Positions 41,872 through 51,945 are shown, numbered from the stretch's first letter. The stretch is DNA of 64,000 nt from Catenuloplanes sp. NPDC051500 (GCF_044454585.1 NZ_JBITDX010000004.1:240766-304765), one strand, 5' to 3'. Numbers and translations are program-made. Notes: generated from the sequence alone by a model not told the origin.

Positions 41872-43101
41872 TCAGCCGGCCGAGGTGAGACGGGCGGCGC
41901 GTCCGCGTAGGTAATGGCGTTCCGGGAGGCTCGTGGTCAGGGCGGCGGCGAGCAGGTAGTCCTGTTGTGCGCCGGTGGGGTCACCTGCGAGTTCCCGCAG
42001 ATGGGCGCGGGTCGACGCGAGCCGGTGGTGGCCGGTCAGGCGGGCGTCCTGTGCGAGGCCGGCCAGCATCGCCAGACCGGCGTCCGGGCCGTCCGTCATC
42101 GCGACCGCGATCGCTTGGTTGAGCGACGCCATCGGGGATGGTGCGATGCGGCAGAGCACGCGGTAGAGGAGACGGATCTGCGGCCAGTCCGTGGCGGCGA
42201 CGTCGGGGGCGGTCACGTGCAGTGACGCGATCGCGGCCTGCAGCTGGTACGGGCCGAGCGGCGCGTGACTCATCGCGTCCGTCACAAGCGTCGTACCCTC
42301 GCGGATCAGATCGTGATCCCACCGGGACCGGTCCTGCTCGGGCAGCGGGATCAGGCCACCATCCGCGTCCGCGCGGGCCGCCCGGCGCGCGTCCGTGAGC
42401 AGCATCAGCGCGAGCAGTCCGGCCACCTCGCCGTCGTCCGGCAGCGTGCGGTGGAGCGTCCGGGCCAGCCGGATCGCCTCGGACGCGAGGTCGGGGCGCT
42501 GGAGGAGCGGGCCGGAGCTTGCGGTGTAGCCCTCGTTGAAGATCAGGTAGAGCACGTGACGTACCGCGTCCAGCCGGTCGGCGAACGGCAGGTCCGCGAC
42601 CACGCCCGCCGCCCTGATCCGCTGCTTCGCCCGGCTGATCCGCACGCCCATGGTCGCCTCCGGCACCAGGAACGCGCCAGCCACCTCCGCAGTGGTCAGC
42701 CCGCCCACAGCCCGCAGCGTCAACGCGACCTGCGACACCGGCGTCAGCGCGGGATGACAACACAGGAACAGCAGCTCCAGCGTGTCGTCCCGGTCGCCGA
42801 GCCGTTCCTCACCGGGGCCCGGAACGGCCGCGGGCCGCAGTGCCTCCGCCGCGTCCGCCGCCTCCCGGTCCCGGCGGGCCCGTTCGCTGCGGATCAGATC
42901 CACCACCCGCCGCGACGCGACAGTCACCAGCCAGCCCCGTGGACTCGCCGGCATGCCCTCGGCAGGCCACTGCAGCGCTGCCGCGAGCAATGCCTCCTGC
43001 AACGCGTCCTCGCAGGCCGGGAGATCGCGATATCTCCTGACCAGGGCGGCGAGGACCTGGGGCGAGAGGTCGCGCAGCAGGCCCTCGACGCCGTCCGTCA
43101 C
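41872..43101 (-). CDS. ECF-type RNA polymerase sigma factor with a long C-terminal extension (SigJ/ECF56-like architecture)
   Basis: Sigma-2 region (LQEALLAAALQW), sigma-4 (LTTAEVAGAFLVPEATMGVRISRAKQRIR), then about 230 aa including YLIFNEGY. Confidence 0.75.
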   Translation of the reverse strand: MTDGVEGLLRDLSPQVLAALVRRYRDLPACEDALQEALLAAALQWPAEGMPASPRGWLVTVASRRVVDLIRSERARRDREAADAAEALRPAAVPGPGEERLGDRDDTLELLFLCCHPALTPVSQVALTLRAVGGLTTAEVAGAFLVPEATMGVRISRAKQRIRAAGVVADLPFADRLDAVRHVLYLIFNEGYTASSGPLLQRPDLASEAIRLARTLHRTLPDDGEVAGLLALMLLTDARRAARADADGGLIPLPEQDRSRWDHDLIREGTTLVTDAMSHAPLGPYQLQAAIASLHVTAPDVAATDWPQIRLLYRVLCRIAPSPMASLNQAIAVAMTDGPDAGLAMLAGLAQDARLTGHHRLASTRAHLRELAGDPTGAQQDYLLAAALTTSLPERHYLRGRAARLTSAG

Positions 43102-43454
43102 CCGGCGAACACCACCGGCCGTACCTCGACCCCGAGCCCGTCGATCGCCGCGTCCGGGATCATCGCCGCCAGCTCGTAGGCACGATCCCGGTTCGGCACC
43201 TCCACCAGGTAGTACCCGCCCAGGAACTCCTTGGACTCCAAGTACGGCCCGTCACTCACTGTCGGTGCCCCGTCCCGTAACCGGACGACCGCGCTCACCT
43301 CCGGCCCCGCCAGCGCGACAGTTCCGACCAGTTCGCCGGACTCCCGGATCGCGTCCAGGAACGGCCCGTGCCCGCTCATCACCGCGGACTGCTCCTCCTC
43401 GGTGAGCGCATCCCAGATGCGCGGATTCATATGCATGATCAGTAAGAACTTCAC
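43098..43454 (-). CDS. YciI-like (YCII-related) protein, co-transcribed with the ECF sigma
   Basis: MKFLLIMHMNPRIWDALTEEE...GGYYLVEVPNRDRAYELAA. Overlaps the sigma-gene start (ATGA). Confidence 0.75.
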   Translation of the reverse strand: MKFLLIMHMNPRIWDALTEEEQSAVMSGHGPFLDAIRESGELVGTVALAGPEVSAVVRLRDGAPTVSDGPYLESKEFLGGYYLVEVPNRDRAYELAAMIPDAAIDGLGVEVRPVVFAG

Positions 43455-43588
43455 GTCGACTCCTCATCGCGGGCCGCGCCGTGCCGGCGCATCAGGTGGT
43501 CGGAGTCGCCCGGCCGACTTTGACATGTTCCCGCCACGAACTCCTCGACACCTCGTCCGACCGGGCCGGCGCTGGTACGCAAGGATGC

Positions 43589-44782
43589 ATGACCGTGGGC
43601 GAACTCCCTGAGCCGCCGCGCCTGCCCAGACCGGTGGGTGCGGTACGCGCGTTCTGGGCGCGCCACCCCCGCCTGGTGGATGCGCTCGTGGCCGGGTTCT
43701 GCTGGCTGTGGGTCTTCGACGACGGCGCGGGCGGGTTGCAGATTCCGCAACCTGTCGACGGGCCGTGGTGGGCCGTCAACACAGTCATGGCGGCGTCCAT
43801 GCTGGTCCGCCGCTCCCATCCGTGGTGGACGGTGCTTGTGGTGACCGCCGGTGGTGTCCTGATGAGCGACCATTTCGCAGGCATCGCGCTCGCCTGTGCG
43901 CTCTACGCCCTCGCCGCCCACCGCTCGACAGTCGCCGCGGTGCTCGGCGCGGTGCTTGCCGTGGGCGCCTCGGTCGCCGTGGCCGCTCTCCGGCCGGACC
44001 CGCAGGCGTGGCGGGACACGGCCGTCGCCGGCACGCTGATCGTTGTGGTGTCGGTGCTGCCCGGCGCGAACGCCCGGATCCGGCGCCGGTACCTTGAGGC
44101 GCTCCTGTACCGCACGGAGCAGCTCGCCCGGGAGAAGGAGCAGGAGGGCCGGCTGGCCGCGGCCCGGGAACGGACGAGGATCGCCCATGACCTGCACGAC
44201 ATCGTGGCGCACAGCCTGACCGTGATGGTACGGCTGGCCGACGGCGCGGCCGCGGTGACCGGAACGGATCCGCGCCGTGCGGAGTCGGCGTCCGAGCGGA
44301 TCGCCGACGTCGGCCGGACCGCGATGGTGGACATGCGCCGGCTGCTCGGGGTGCTCCGCGACGGCCCGCCCGGCGAGGAGGGCCGGCCGATCCAGAATCT
44401 GGACACGCTCGTGGCGACGTTCCGGGCCGCCGGATCGCCTGTCGTGGTCCGCAGGCAGGGCCGGGAGCCGAGATCTCCGAGCCTGCGCAACGCGATCCTC
44501 CGTACCGTTCAGGAGTCCCTGACCAATGCGCTGCGCTACGCCGACCGCGCGGAACTGGTGCTCGTCGATCTGGACTACCGGGCCGACCCGATCCTCATCG
44601 AGGTCACCGACGACGGCCGCGGCACCGGTCCGGCGACGTCGGTGGGCGCGCGGCAGGGCCTGAGCGCGCTGCGCGAGCGGCTCTCGCTGTACGGCGGCAC
44701 GGTCCAGGCCGGACCCCGCCCGGGGTACGGATGGACAGTGCACGTGACCCTGCCCCAGCCTGACGAGGAAGCCGATGGATGA
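43589..44782 (+). CDS. sensor histidine kinase, HisKA_3 type (paralogue of 39682..40761)
   Basis: TM helices, then ERTRIAHDLHDIVAHSLT and a C-terminal HATPase (GRGTGPATSVGARQGLSALRERL). Confidence 0.75.
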   Translation: MTVGELPEPPRLPRPVGAVRAFWARHPRLVDALVAGFCWLWVFDDGAGGLQIPQPVDGPWWAVNTVMAASMLVRRSHPWWTVLVVTAGGVLMSDHFAGIALACALYALAAHRSTVAAVLGAVLAVGASVAVAALRPDPQAWRDTAVAGTLIVVVSVLPGANARIRRRYLEALLYRTEQLAREKEQEGRLAAARERTRIAHDLHDIVAHSLTVMVRLADGAAAVTGTDPRRAESASERIADVGRTAMVDMRRLLGVLRDGPPGEEGRPIQNLDTLVATFRAAGSPVVVRRQGREPRSPSLRNAILRTVQESLTNALRYADRAELVLVDLDYRADPILIEVTDDGRGTGPATSVGARQGLSALRERLSLYGGTVQAGPRPGYGWTVHVTLPQPDEEADG

Positions 44783-45425
44783 GACGACGGTACTGCTCGT
44801 GGACGACCAGGCGCTCGTGCGCGAGGGCATGGCGATGGTCCTCGGCCGGACACCAGGCCTGCGGATCGTGGGGGAGGCCGGCGACGGCCGCGCGGGCGTC
44901 CAGCTCGCCCGCCTGCACCGGCCGGACGTGGTCCTGATGGACGTGCGGATGCCGGTGCTCGACGGCATCGGGGCGACCCGCGAGATCGTGGCGCGGTGCC
45001 CGGAGACCCGGGTGCTCATCCTGACCACCTTCGACCTGGACGAGTACGCCTTCGACGGCCTGCGCGCCGGGGCGAGCGGTTTCCTGCTCAAGGACGCGAC
45101 CTCTGCCGACCTGGTGCGAGCGGTGCGTACGGTGGCGGCCGGCGAGGCGGTGGTCTCCCCCCGGATCACCCGTACGCTTCTGGACCACTACCAGGAGAGC
45201 CCCGCGAACCCGCCGGAGAGCGCTCGCCTGCTGGAGAGGCTGACCGGCCGGGAACGCGAGGTCCTCGTCGCCATCGCCGGCGGCCTGTCGAACGCCGAGA
45301 TCGCCGGCCGGCTCTTCCTCTCCGAGTCGACTGTGAAGACCCACGTGGGGCGGGTCCTCGCCAAGATCCAGGCTCGCGACCGGGTGCACGCCGTCATCTG
45401 GGCGCATCGGCACGGGCTCGCCTGA
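44775..45425 (+). CDS. NarL/LuxR-family response regulator
   Basis: VLLVDDQALVREGM...VVLMDVRMPVLDG, with a LuxR HTH at the C-terminus. Confidence 0.85.
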   Translation: MDETTVLLVDDQALVREGMAMVLGRTPGLRIVGEAGDGRAGVQLARLHRPDVVLMDVRMPVLDGIGATREIVARCPETRVLILTTFDLDEYAFDGLRAGASGFLLKDATSADLVRAVRTVAAGEAVVSPRITRTLLDHYQESPANPPESARLLERLTGREREVLVAIAGGLSNAEIAGRLFLSESTVKTHVGRVLAKIQARDRVHAVIWAHRHGLA

Positions 45426-45447
45426 TCAAGGCGAGCCCGTGCCGGGC

Positions 45448-46896
45448 CTATTCGGCGCAGACGGCGCCTTCCCGGGCCGGCGGGACGCCGTCGAGCAGGT
45501 AGCGGTCCACTTCCGGACGGCAGGCGCCGTAGACGTACGAACCGTGCCCGTTGCCCTCGCGGGTCAGCAGCCGGCCGTTCTCCAGGGTTGCCGCGGCGGA
45601 CTGTCCCCACTCGTAGAGCGCCGCCGGGTCACCGGTGCCGGCGATCAGCACGATCGGCACCGAGCCCTTGGCGGTGACCGGATGCGGGCGGGACACGCCA
45701 CCGTTCGGCCACTGCGGACACGGCGTGCCCGACATGACCTCCGGCCCGAACACCTGTCGTTCCCGGATCAGGGCGGCCCGGTCCGCCATGATCCGCGCCG
45801 CGCTGCGCCGGTCCGGCAGGTCCAGGCATTGGATCGCGTTGAACGCGATGCCGGTGTCGGGGTCCGGTGTGATGACGCTGTGGTCGCCGGCGCGCACGGC
45901 CGTGAACAGGCTGTCCAGCTCCGGGGCACCGGCCGGGTTGGACAGGTGCTCCTCCGTCAGGTTGACGAGCTGCAGCTGCTCGCCCGGATGCCGGTCGGCC
46001 GCCCGGAACAGCTCCGCCACCGCAGTCCGGCCCTGTGCCACGGTCGATCCGTGGAATGGGCAGCCGGCCCGGTCGTCGCAGGTGTCCAGGTAGGCGTCCA
46101 GACCCCGCTCCTCGCCCTTGGCCACGTCGGTGAGGAAGGCCTTGTTGTCCTGGGCCGGGTCGACGACCGCGTCAAGCACCATGCGCCCGACCCGGGTGGG
46201 GAACAGGTCCGCGTACCGCAGGCCGAGGCGGGTGCCGTAGGAGCCGCCGTAGTAGGAGAGCTTGTCGTCGCCGAGGACGGCGCGCAACACGTCGAGGTCC
46301 CGGGCGGCACTTACCGTGTCGACGTGATCGAAGATCGGCCCGGACTCGGCCCGGCACGCCCGCACCCAGCTCCTGACCGCCGCCTCCCGGGCGATCCGCT
46401 CGGCGAGGTCGTCCGGGGAGGCGTCCGAACTCCGGAACGCCGCGTCGGCCTCCGCCGGGCAGCTCAGCGGCGCGGACCCGCCCACCCCCCGAGGGTCGAA
46501 GCTGACCAGGTCGAACCCGTCGATCACCGGCCTGCTGAAGAAGCGCGCCGCGAACTCAAGGAACGGTTTCCCCGGTCCGCCCGGTCCGCCCGGATTGAGC
46601 AGCAGTGACCCCCGGCTGGTGCCGGTGGCCCGGTGCCGATGCACCTTTATCGTGATCGTCTGTCCCGCCGGGCGCGACCAGTCCACCGGGACTGTGACGT
46701 CTGTGCAGTCAAGCACCAGTCCGTGCTCGTCGTCGCAGGACGCCCAGGTGAGCGTCTGCCGGTAGAACCTGTCCGGGGTCTCCGCGGCGTTTGCAGCCGG
46801 CACACCCAGGCCCATCGTCAGGCCACCCACAAGCAGTGCTGCGGCGGTGTGTCGCCAGCCGGGACCGCGCGTCCGTCCATCAGATGTTCTCGTCAT
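45448..46896 (-). CDS. secreted alpha/beta hydrolase, S33 tripeptidyl-aminopeptidase (TAP) family
   Basis: Signal peptide (AAALLVGGLTMGLGVPAANA), then LLNPGGPGGPG and the nucleophile elbow YYGGSYGT. Confidence 0.8.
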   Translation of the reverse strand: MTRTSDGRTRGPGWRHTAAALLVGGLTMGLGVPAANAAETPDRFYRQTLTWASCDDEHGLVLDCTDVTVPVDWSRPAGQTITIKVHRHRATGTSRGSLLLNPGGPGGPGKPFLEFAARFFSRPVIDGFDLVSFDPRGVGGSAPLSCPAEADAAFRSSDASPDDLAERIAREAAVRSWVRACRAESGPIFDHVDTVSAARDLDVLRAVLGDDKLSYYGGSYGTRLGLRYADLFPTRVGRMVLDAVVDPAQDNKAFLTDVAKGEERGLDAYLDTCDDRAGCPFHGSTVAQGRTAVAELFRAADRHPGEQLQLVNLTEEHLSNPAGAPELDSLFTAVRAGDHSVITPDPDTGIAFNAIQCLDLPDRRSAARIMADRAALIRERQVFGPEVMSGTPCPQWPNGGVSRPHPVTAKGSVPIVLIAGTGDPAALYEWGQSAAATLENGRLLTREGNGHGSYVYGACRPEVDRYLLDGVPPAREGAVCAE

Positions 46897-46976
46897 GACG
46901 TCGACGCTAGGGAGGCGGCAGGTCCCGGCCATCCACCCGCGGTGCCCTCCCGTGGTGGTACCGAGGTACCACGCGG

Positions 46977-48275
46977 TCAGGAACTCCCGGACAGGTGGGC
47001 GTGGGCGAGTGTGAAAGCATGTTCGCTTCCCGGCGTACGCCGTAGTTGCTCGCCGAGCGTCTGTGCCGCCGGCGCGCAATCGAGCACGCGCTGCACAGCG
47101 GCGGCGATGTCGTCCGCCGACGCCGCGTTCGGGTCCAGGGCCACGCCGGTCCCGGTGGTCTCGATCGCCGCCGCACCTGCGAACTGGTCTGTGGAAAACG
47201 GCAGCGCCAGCATCGGTACGCCCGCGGTGAGGGCCTCGGTGACGCTGTTGTTACCGGCGTGCGTGACGGCCATCGCCGCCTGCTCAAGCAGCACGGTCTG
47301 CGGAAGGTAGGGGCGCACGAGCCAGGTGTCCGGCATCGGCGGCAGGTCCTGGGCCGATCCGGTCGCCAGCGCGACCCGCAGGCCGGAACGCCGCAGTGCC
47401 GCGGTGACCGTGCTCAGCACATCCGCCCGGGTGGACAGGAAGCTGCCGAAGCTGACGTAGGCGAACGGCTGGTCGCCTGCGTCCAGCCACGCTCGCACGT
47501 CTGCCGGGACGGTCTCGGTGCGGACCGCCGAGCCGAGGAACGCGTGCGGAGCCGGCAGAGCGGTACGGGCCGGGTCGTGCAACGCGGCGGGATAGTTGTA
47601 GAGCACCAGGTCGCCGTGTTCGGTGAACGCGTCCGTCGCGGGTGTGGCGGTGGGGGCGAGGGTGTGCAGCGCGGCGTTCCACTCGGCGGTGAACTCGTCC
47701 CGCACGGTGCCGCACAGCCGGTGCAGCTCGGCGAGTTCGCTGTCGGCCGGACGGAACGCCGCCGGCCAGGCTGTCGGGTAGCCGTAGACCTCGTCGCCGA
47801 CGGGCAGGGCCGACGGGTGGCCGAGCACGACGTCCACGTGCGGGACAGCACCCGCGGTCAGGGCCAGCCGGGCGCTGAAGGCCAGATGGTCGACGATGAT
47901 CTGGTCGGGCTTGACCTGCTCGACCACCGCGAGGACCGCCCGTGCCCGGTCGACCGGTTCCCAGAGCAGGTCGTTGCGGCGGGCCTCAGCCTGGAAACGA
48001 AGCGTCTCGACCATCCCGCGGTACGTCGCGGCGAAGAACCCGCGCAGCGCGTCGTCCTCGCCGGCCGGCTGCTGCTCGGCCCGGATCACGCCCGGGTTGG
48101 AGCCCCGGCCGAGCGGAAGGTCGCAGTGCGCGAAGCCGAACCCCGCGACCAGTGCTGCGGTCGCGGGGCCGGTCGCCACCACGACCCGTTCGCCGGCCTT
48201 CTGCCACGCGGTGGCGAGGGTGGCCAGCGGCAGCAGGTGGGAGGCGTAATCCGGGCTGATCACCAGGAGGGTCAT
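46977..48275 (-). CDS. GT1-family UDP-glycosyltransferase (MGT/macrolide-GT-like)
   Basis: THAGNNSVTEALTAGVPMLALPFSTDQ (PSPG-like C-terminal motif). Confidence 0.8.
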   Translation of the reverse strand: MTLLVISPDYASHLLPLATLATAWQKAGERVVVATGPATAALVAGFGFAHCDLPLGRGSNPGVIRAEQQPAGEDDALRGFFAATYRGMVETLRFQAEARRNDLLWEPVDRARAVLAVVEQVKPDQIIVDHLAFSARLALTAGAVPHVDVVLGHPSALPVGDEVYGYPTAWPAAFRPADSELAELHRLCGTVRDEFTAEWNAALHTLAPTATPATDAFTEHGDLVLYNYPAALHDPARTALPAPHAFLGSAVRTETVPADVRAWLDAGDQPFAYVSFGSFLSTRADVLSTVTAALRRSGLRVALATGSAQDLPPMPDTWLVRPYLPQTVLLEQAAMAVTHAGNNSVTEALTAGVPMLALPFSTDQFAGAAAIETTGTGVALDPNAASADDIAAAVQRVLDCAPAAQTLGEQLRRTPGSEHAFTLAHAHLSGSS

Positions 48276-50377
48276 GACCGGTGCTCCTCGACTGTCACGG
48301 ACGCGTAGATGCCGGCCAGGCTACCGGCCATCGCATCCACGGTCAGGCCGTCGCTGATCCTGGCGCGGGCCCGCTCGACCCGCGACGGCGTGGGCAGGCA
48401 CGCGAGATCGAGGGCGCCCAGGAACGCGTCGGCCAGAGCGGCCGGGTCGCCGGCCCGGGCGAGCATCCCGGTGACGCCATGCTCGATGTAGGTGGCCGGA
48501 CCGCCGGCGTCCGGCCCGACCACGACCAGGCCGGCGGCCAGCGCCTCGAGCAGGGCGAGGCCGAACTCCTCCTTGAGGCTGGCGCACACGTAGACGCCGC
48601 CGGCGGCGATCAGGGACGTACGGCCGGCATGTGCTGCCGCGAGCCAGCGGGCCACCACGTCGTTGGGCCGGTGGCCCGGCATGATCAGCCCGGCCGAGGC
48701 CTCCGGGTACTCGCGCAGCACCTCGGCGACGAGTTCCAGTTGCTCCCGCTCGTCCAGGGACGGATCCGCCAGGTCGCCGCCGACGATCAGCAGGTTGCAC
48801 CGTTCGCGCAAGTCCGGGTCTCGGGCCCACGCCTGCACCAGGGTCGCCATGCCTTTGACCCGGTGCAGCCGCCCGACACTCATCGCCAGTGGCAGGCCGT
48901 GGCGCCGCGGCGGCAGAGCTTCGACGAGCGCCTCCAGTTCGTTCATCGCCGAGGAGTCAAGCGGCTCGGCAGCAGCGGCCCGGCTGACGTCCAGGTCGAT
49001 GCCTTCCGCGACAACGCTGTAGCGGCCGGTCCCGTCGGCGATGTCGATGCCGATGAGGGTCTCCAGGTCGCGGGCCAGGTGCGGGCGGGGGAAGAGGACG
49101 ACATGGCCGGCCTCGGCAGCCAGCCGTTGCACAAGCCGCGCCCGGAACCAGTAGTGCTCCCGTTCATCCACCTGGCCGAAGTTGTCGCGACGCAGACCAC
49201 CCGTGCGTTCCAGGGCGTCGATTGTCGCGTGCGGGTCCGGGGCCAGGGTGAACACGATCGGGATGCCCAGCTCCGCCGCCACCTCGGCCGTGGCCAGGCT
49301 GCCGACCTCCGCCATCCGCAGGTGGACGGCGTCGATGTGATGGGCGCGCAGCAGGCGCCGGACACCACGCCGTACGGCGACCCGGGCCGGCCACGCGTCG
49401 GCCGCGTTGGTCGCCGGGCCCGGCATCGGCACGCCCGCAAGCACGTGGCGCTCGTCAGCGGAGAGCGCGGCCAGCGCATGCTCCGGGGTGCCGCGCGAGA
49501 TGGTGAGCACCCGCTCGACGCCGGGCTGGGCGGCGAGCTTGTCGCCGAGCCGGACGAGCAGGGTGGCGATGCCGCCGTTGTCGCCGGCACCGGCCCGGCT
49601 CAGCTCCCGATCGAGGTCCGCGTGCAGGAACAGTTGGGCGATCCGCAGGCCCGGCGTGTCCCCGGCGGAGCCTCGGCCGGCGACCGGTGCGAGGTCGGCG
49701 GCGGCCAGCCGGGCCACGGCGCCGAGCTCTCCGTCCGCGGTGCGCAGGGACTCGAGCGCCCGTACCGTTTCCGGGTCGCCCGGCCAGTCCCCAAGAGCGG
49801 CGACAGCCCGGGTACGGGCGGCCGGGCTCTCGTCCGGGTCCAGGGCGATCCGGCGCACGGCCTGCACGGCCGACTCGGCGGGCACCAGGCCGAGGGTCTC
49901 GACGAGCCGCGCACGGGTCTGCGGGTCCCGCGTCCCGGCCAGGGCCCGGAGCAGCTCGGTGGCGATGTGGTCCCCCGCCGGGCCGCCCCAGCTCTCCAGA
50001 GTCCGCTGCGCGAGCATGCCGGAGAACCCACCCCCGGCGACAGTGCGGACGAGCCGGTCGATCGCGTCCAGCCGGGGCAGGCGCGACTGCAGCATCCAAG
50101 CCGCATGCTCCCGCAGAAACCGGCGCGGATGCGACAGAAGCCGCGACAGTACGGCGTCGGCCTCATCGTCGATCACGGCGCCGATACCGTGTACGGCGGC
50201 CACCGCCGCCAACTCGTCGTCCCCGTCCACCGCCTCGGCCAGCGACCTCATCACCGATCGTGCGGGACTCCGTGCGGCCTCGAACGCGAGCCCGTGATCG
50301 TCGCGGAGAACGTCGAGCATGGAAGCACTGCGGCGGACCTCGTGCAATACGGAGTTCACGGATGACGGCATACCCAT
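48272..50377 (-). CDS. fusion protein: N-terminal HEAT/PBS-lyase-like repeats + C-terminal GT4 glycosyltransferase
   Basis: N-terminal half has repeated LL.AL...D...R..A...LG motifs. C-terminal has EEFGLALLEALAAGLVVVGPDAGG (GT4 E-x7-E). ATGA overlap with the GT1 gene. Confidence 0.7.
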   Translation of the reverse strand: MGMPSSVNSVLHEVRRSASMLDVLRDDHGLAFEAARSPARSVMRSLAEAVDGDDELAAVAAVHGIGAVIDDEADAVLSRLLSHPRRFLREHAAWMLQSRLPRLDAIDRLVRTVAGGGFSGMLAQRTLESWGGPAGDHIATELLRALAGTRDPQTRARLVETLGLVPAESAVQAVRRIALDPDESPAARTRAVAALGDWPGDPETVRALESLRTADGELGAVARLAAADLAPVAGRGSAGDTPGLRIAQLFLHADLDRELSRAGAGDNGGIATLLVRLGDKLAAQPGVERVLTISRGTPEHALAALSADERHVLAGVPMPGPATNAADAWPARVAVRRGVRRLLRAHHIDAVHLRMAEVGSLATAEVAAELGIPIVFTLAPDPHATIDALERTGGLRRDNFGQVDEREHYWFRARLVQRLAAEAGHVVLFPRPHLARDLETLIGIDIADGTGRYSVVAEGIDLDVSRAAAAEPLDSSAMNELEALVEALPPRRHGLPLAMSVGRLHRVKGMATLVQAWARDPDLRERCNLLIVGGDLADPSLDEREQLELVAEVLREYPEASAGLIMPGHRPNDVVARWLAAAHAGRTSLIAAGGVYVCASLKEEFGLALLEALAAGLVVVGPDAGGPATYIEHGVTGMLARAGDPAALADAFLGALDLACLPTPSRVERARARISDGLTVDAMAGSLAGIYASVTVEEHRS

Positions 50378-50519
50378 GCTTCGGAGCCGCGACCGCTCCC
50401 GGATGCAAAAGATCGGCACAAAAAGAGTGCGCTACCGCACACCGTTTTTAGACCCGCCAGAGCCGCGCCTGGGCGACCACCGCGACGCGGGGTCTGGGGG
50501 TCGCTTCCAGGAAACTACC

Positions 50520-50601
50520 GTGGGCCGGACGTTGCACCATGCGAACCACCCGATCATCGTCACCGGCGACCCCACTGCCGGGACGTTTGGCCAGTTCAAG
50601 G
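50520..50601. repeat. direct repeat copy A (about 82 bp)
   Basis: gtgggccggacgttgcaccatgcgaaccacccgatcatcgtcaccggcgaccccactgccgggacgtttggccagttcaagg; about 85% identical to 51946..52027. Confidence 0.8.
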
Positions 50602-50662
50602 GGTACTCGACCAGCCCGATAGCCTGATTCAGACCCACCCTCAGCCGCCTCGGAGTGCTGCG

Positions 50663-51229
50663 CTACCAGGCCGGGGGACCAAGATGGCGTCGTACTTCAG
50701 CCGCGAATCTAGGTACGCCGGTGCGTTGCAGAAGGACGAGGACCTCCGGCACGGTGTTCGGCGCACGTCGGTAGGACGCGGCTTGGTGACGGAGCACGTC
50801 CATGGTCAAGCCGGGGTAGAGATCGAGTTGGTCGAGGAGGAAATCGTCGGGGTGGATGGCTGCGATGTCGTAGGGCTTGAGGGCCGGCTCGGGGAAGTCG
50901 CTGAGGTTGAAGGTGACGATGACTTCGGCGTTGGCGCGTACGGCGGCAGCCAGAACGTGTCGGTCCTTCGGATGGTTCGTCATACCGTCGACAAGTGACT
51001 CATAGCCAGTGACCAGGGCGTCGGGGAATGACCGGCTCATCTGGCCAAGCCGCCGATCAACCCGATCCGGTGGTAGCCCGCGCTTGGTGAGGTTGCGACG
51101 TAGTTCGGTGAAGACGTCGGCCGACCAGAGCGGCCGGTATGCGGAGGCTTCGGCGAGGCGAAGCAGGGTGTCGCACAGGTATGCCGGGTAGAGCACGCAG
51201 GTGTCAAGGAACGCGGGAAACGCCACCAT
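50663..51229 (-). CDS. PIN-domain toxin (VapC-like, about 190 aa)
   Basis: FLDTCVLYP at the N-terminus (first acidic residue), DRHVLAAA, TFNLSDF. Confidence 0.75.
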   Translation of the reverse strand: MVAFPAFLDTCVLYPAYLCDTLLRLAEASAYRPLWSADVFTELRRNLTKRGLPPDRVDRRLGQMSRSFPDALVTGYESLVDGMTNHPKDRHVLAAAVRANAEVIVTFNLSDFPEPALKPYDIAAIHPDDFLLDQLDLYPGLTMDVLRHQAASYRRAPNTVPEVLVLLQRTGVPRFAAEVRRHLGPPAW

Positions 51230-51238
51230 GACCGGCTG

Positions 51239-51709
51239 TCACCTCGACGGCGGTGAGTCGAGGGTGATCTCGTACAGGTCGTCGTCCTCGGCGTCGGCTG
51301 CCATCTGGTCCAGGGCGCGGCGGCGTTCGGTGCGGGTGCGTTCGGAGTAGTCGAGGATGTCCCGCAGCAGGACTCGTCGGTGCCGGCCGCGCAGGCTGTG
51401 CGGGATCTCGCCGTCGGTCAGCAGGCGGACCAGCGTAGGTCGTGAGATGTTGAGCAGGTCAGCGGCCTCTTGGGTGGTCAGCATCGTGTTGTGCGGGGCG
51501 ATCGAGATGGCCATGCCCTGGGACAGGGCACCGACGACGTCGCGCAGCAGTTCGTAGAGTTCGGCCGGGATGTCGAGCTGCGAACCGTCCGGGCCCACCA
51601 GCTTCGCTCGGGCGGGGGCCTCGGCGGCGGCCATACCCCGCGCGAAGCGCACCAGGTCGGCGGGGTTTTCAGGTGGCAGAACGGTCCGTTCACGCAGGGT
51701 GCTCGACAT
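51239..51709 (-). CDS. HTH_17 (excisionase/MerR-like) DNA-binding antitoxin partner
   Basis: LTTQEAADLLNISRPTLVRLLTDGEIP...GRHRRVLLRDILDY. A 9-bp gap separates it from the PIN gene. Confidence 0.7.
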   Translation of the reverse strand: MSSTLRERTVLPPENPADLVRFARGMAAAEAPARAKLVGPDGSQLDIPAELYELLRDVVGALSQGMAISIAPHNTMLTTQEAADLLNISRPTLVRLLTDGEIPHSLRGRHRRVLLRDILDYSERTRTERRRALDQMAADAEDDDLYEITLDSPPSR

Positions 51710-51945
51710 GAAGCCAGCATACCGCTATTCGAAAAATCCGAAAGCCGCTACGGCTTGGTGAAGCCCAGCGTGCGATAGCCGGGCATTCGGCGCTGCAGCG
51801 AGACAGCCAGGATCGGCGTCGCCGGGTCGTGCCGGCCACGATGGCAGATCGCCACGATCCCCGACGAACGCAGATCCACCTTCCGGAGCTCCACCAGCAG
51901 CCGACAACAGCGAATCGCCGGGCCGCGGTTCGCATGCAAGATCAA

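Noticed and set aside
50432-50638. Short ORFs through the 82-bp direct repeats that share the peptide WFAWCNVRPT (also 51748-51984)
   Set aside because: The shared peptide is a consequence of repeated DNA. They have no RBS and the surrounding frames are junk-like.
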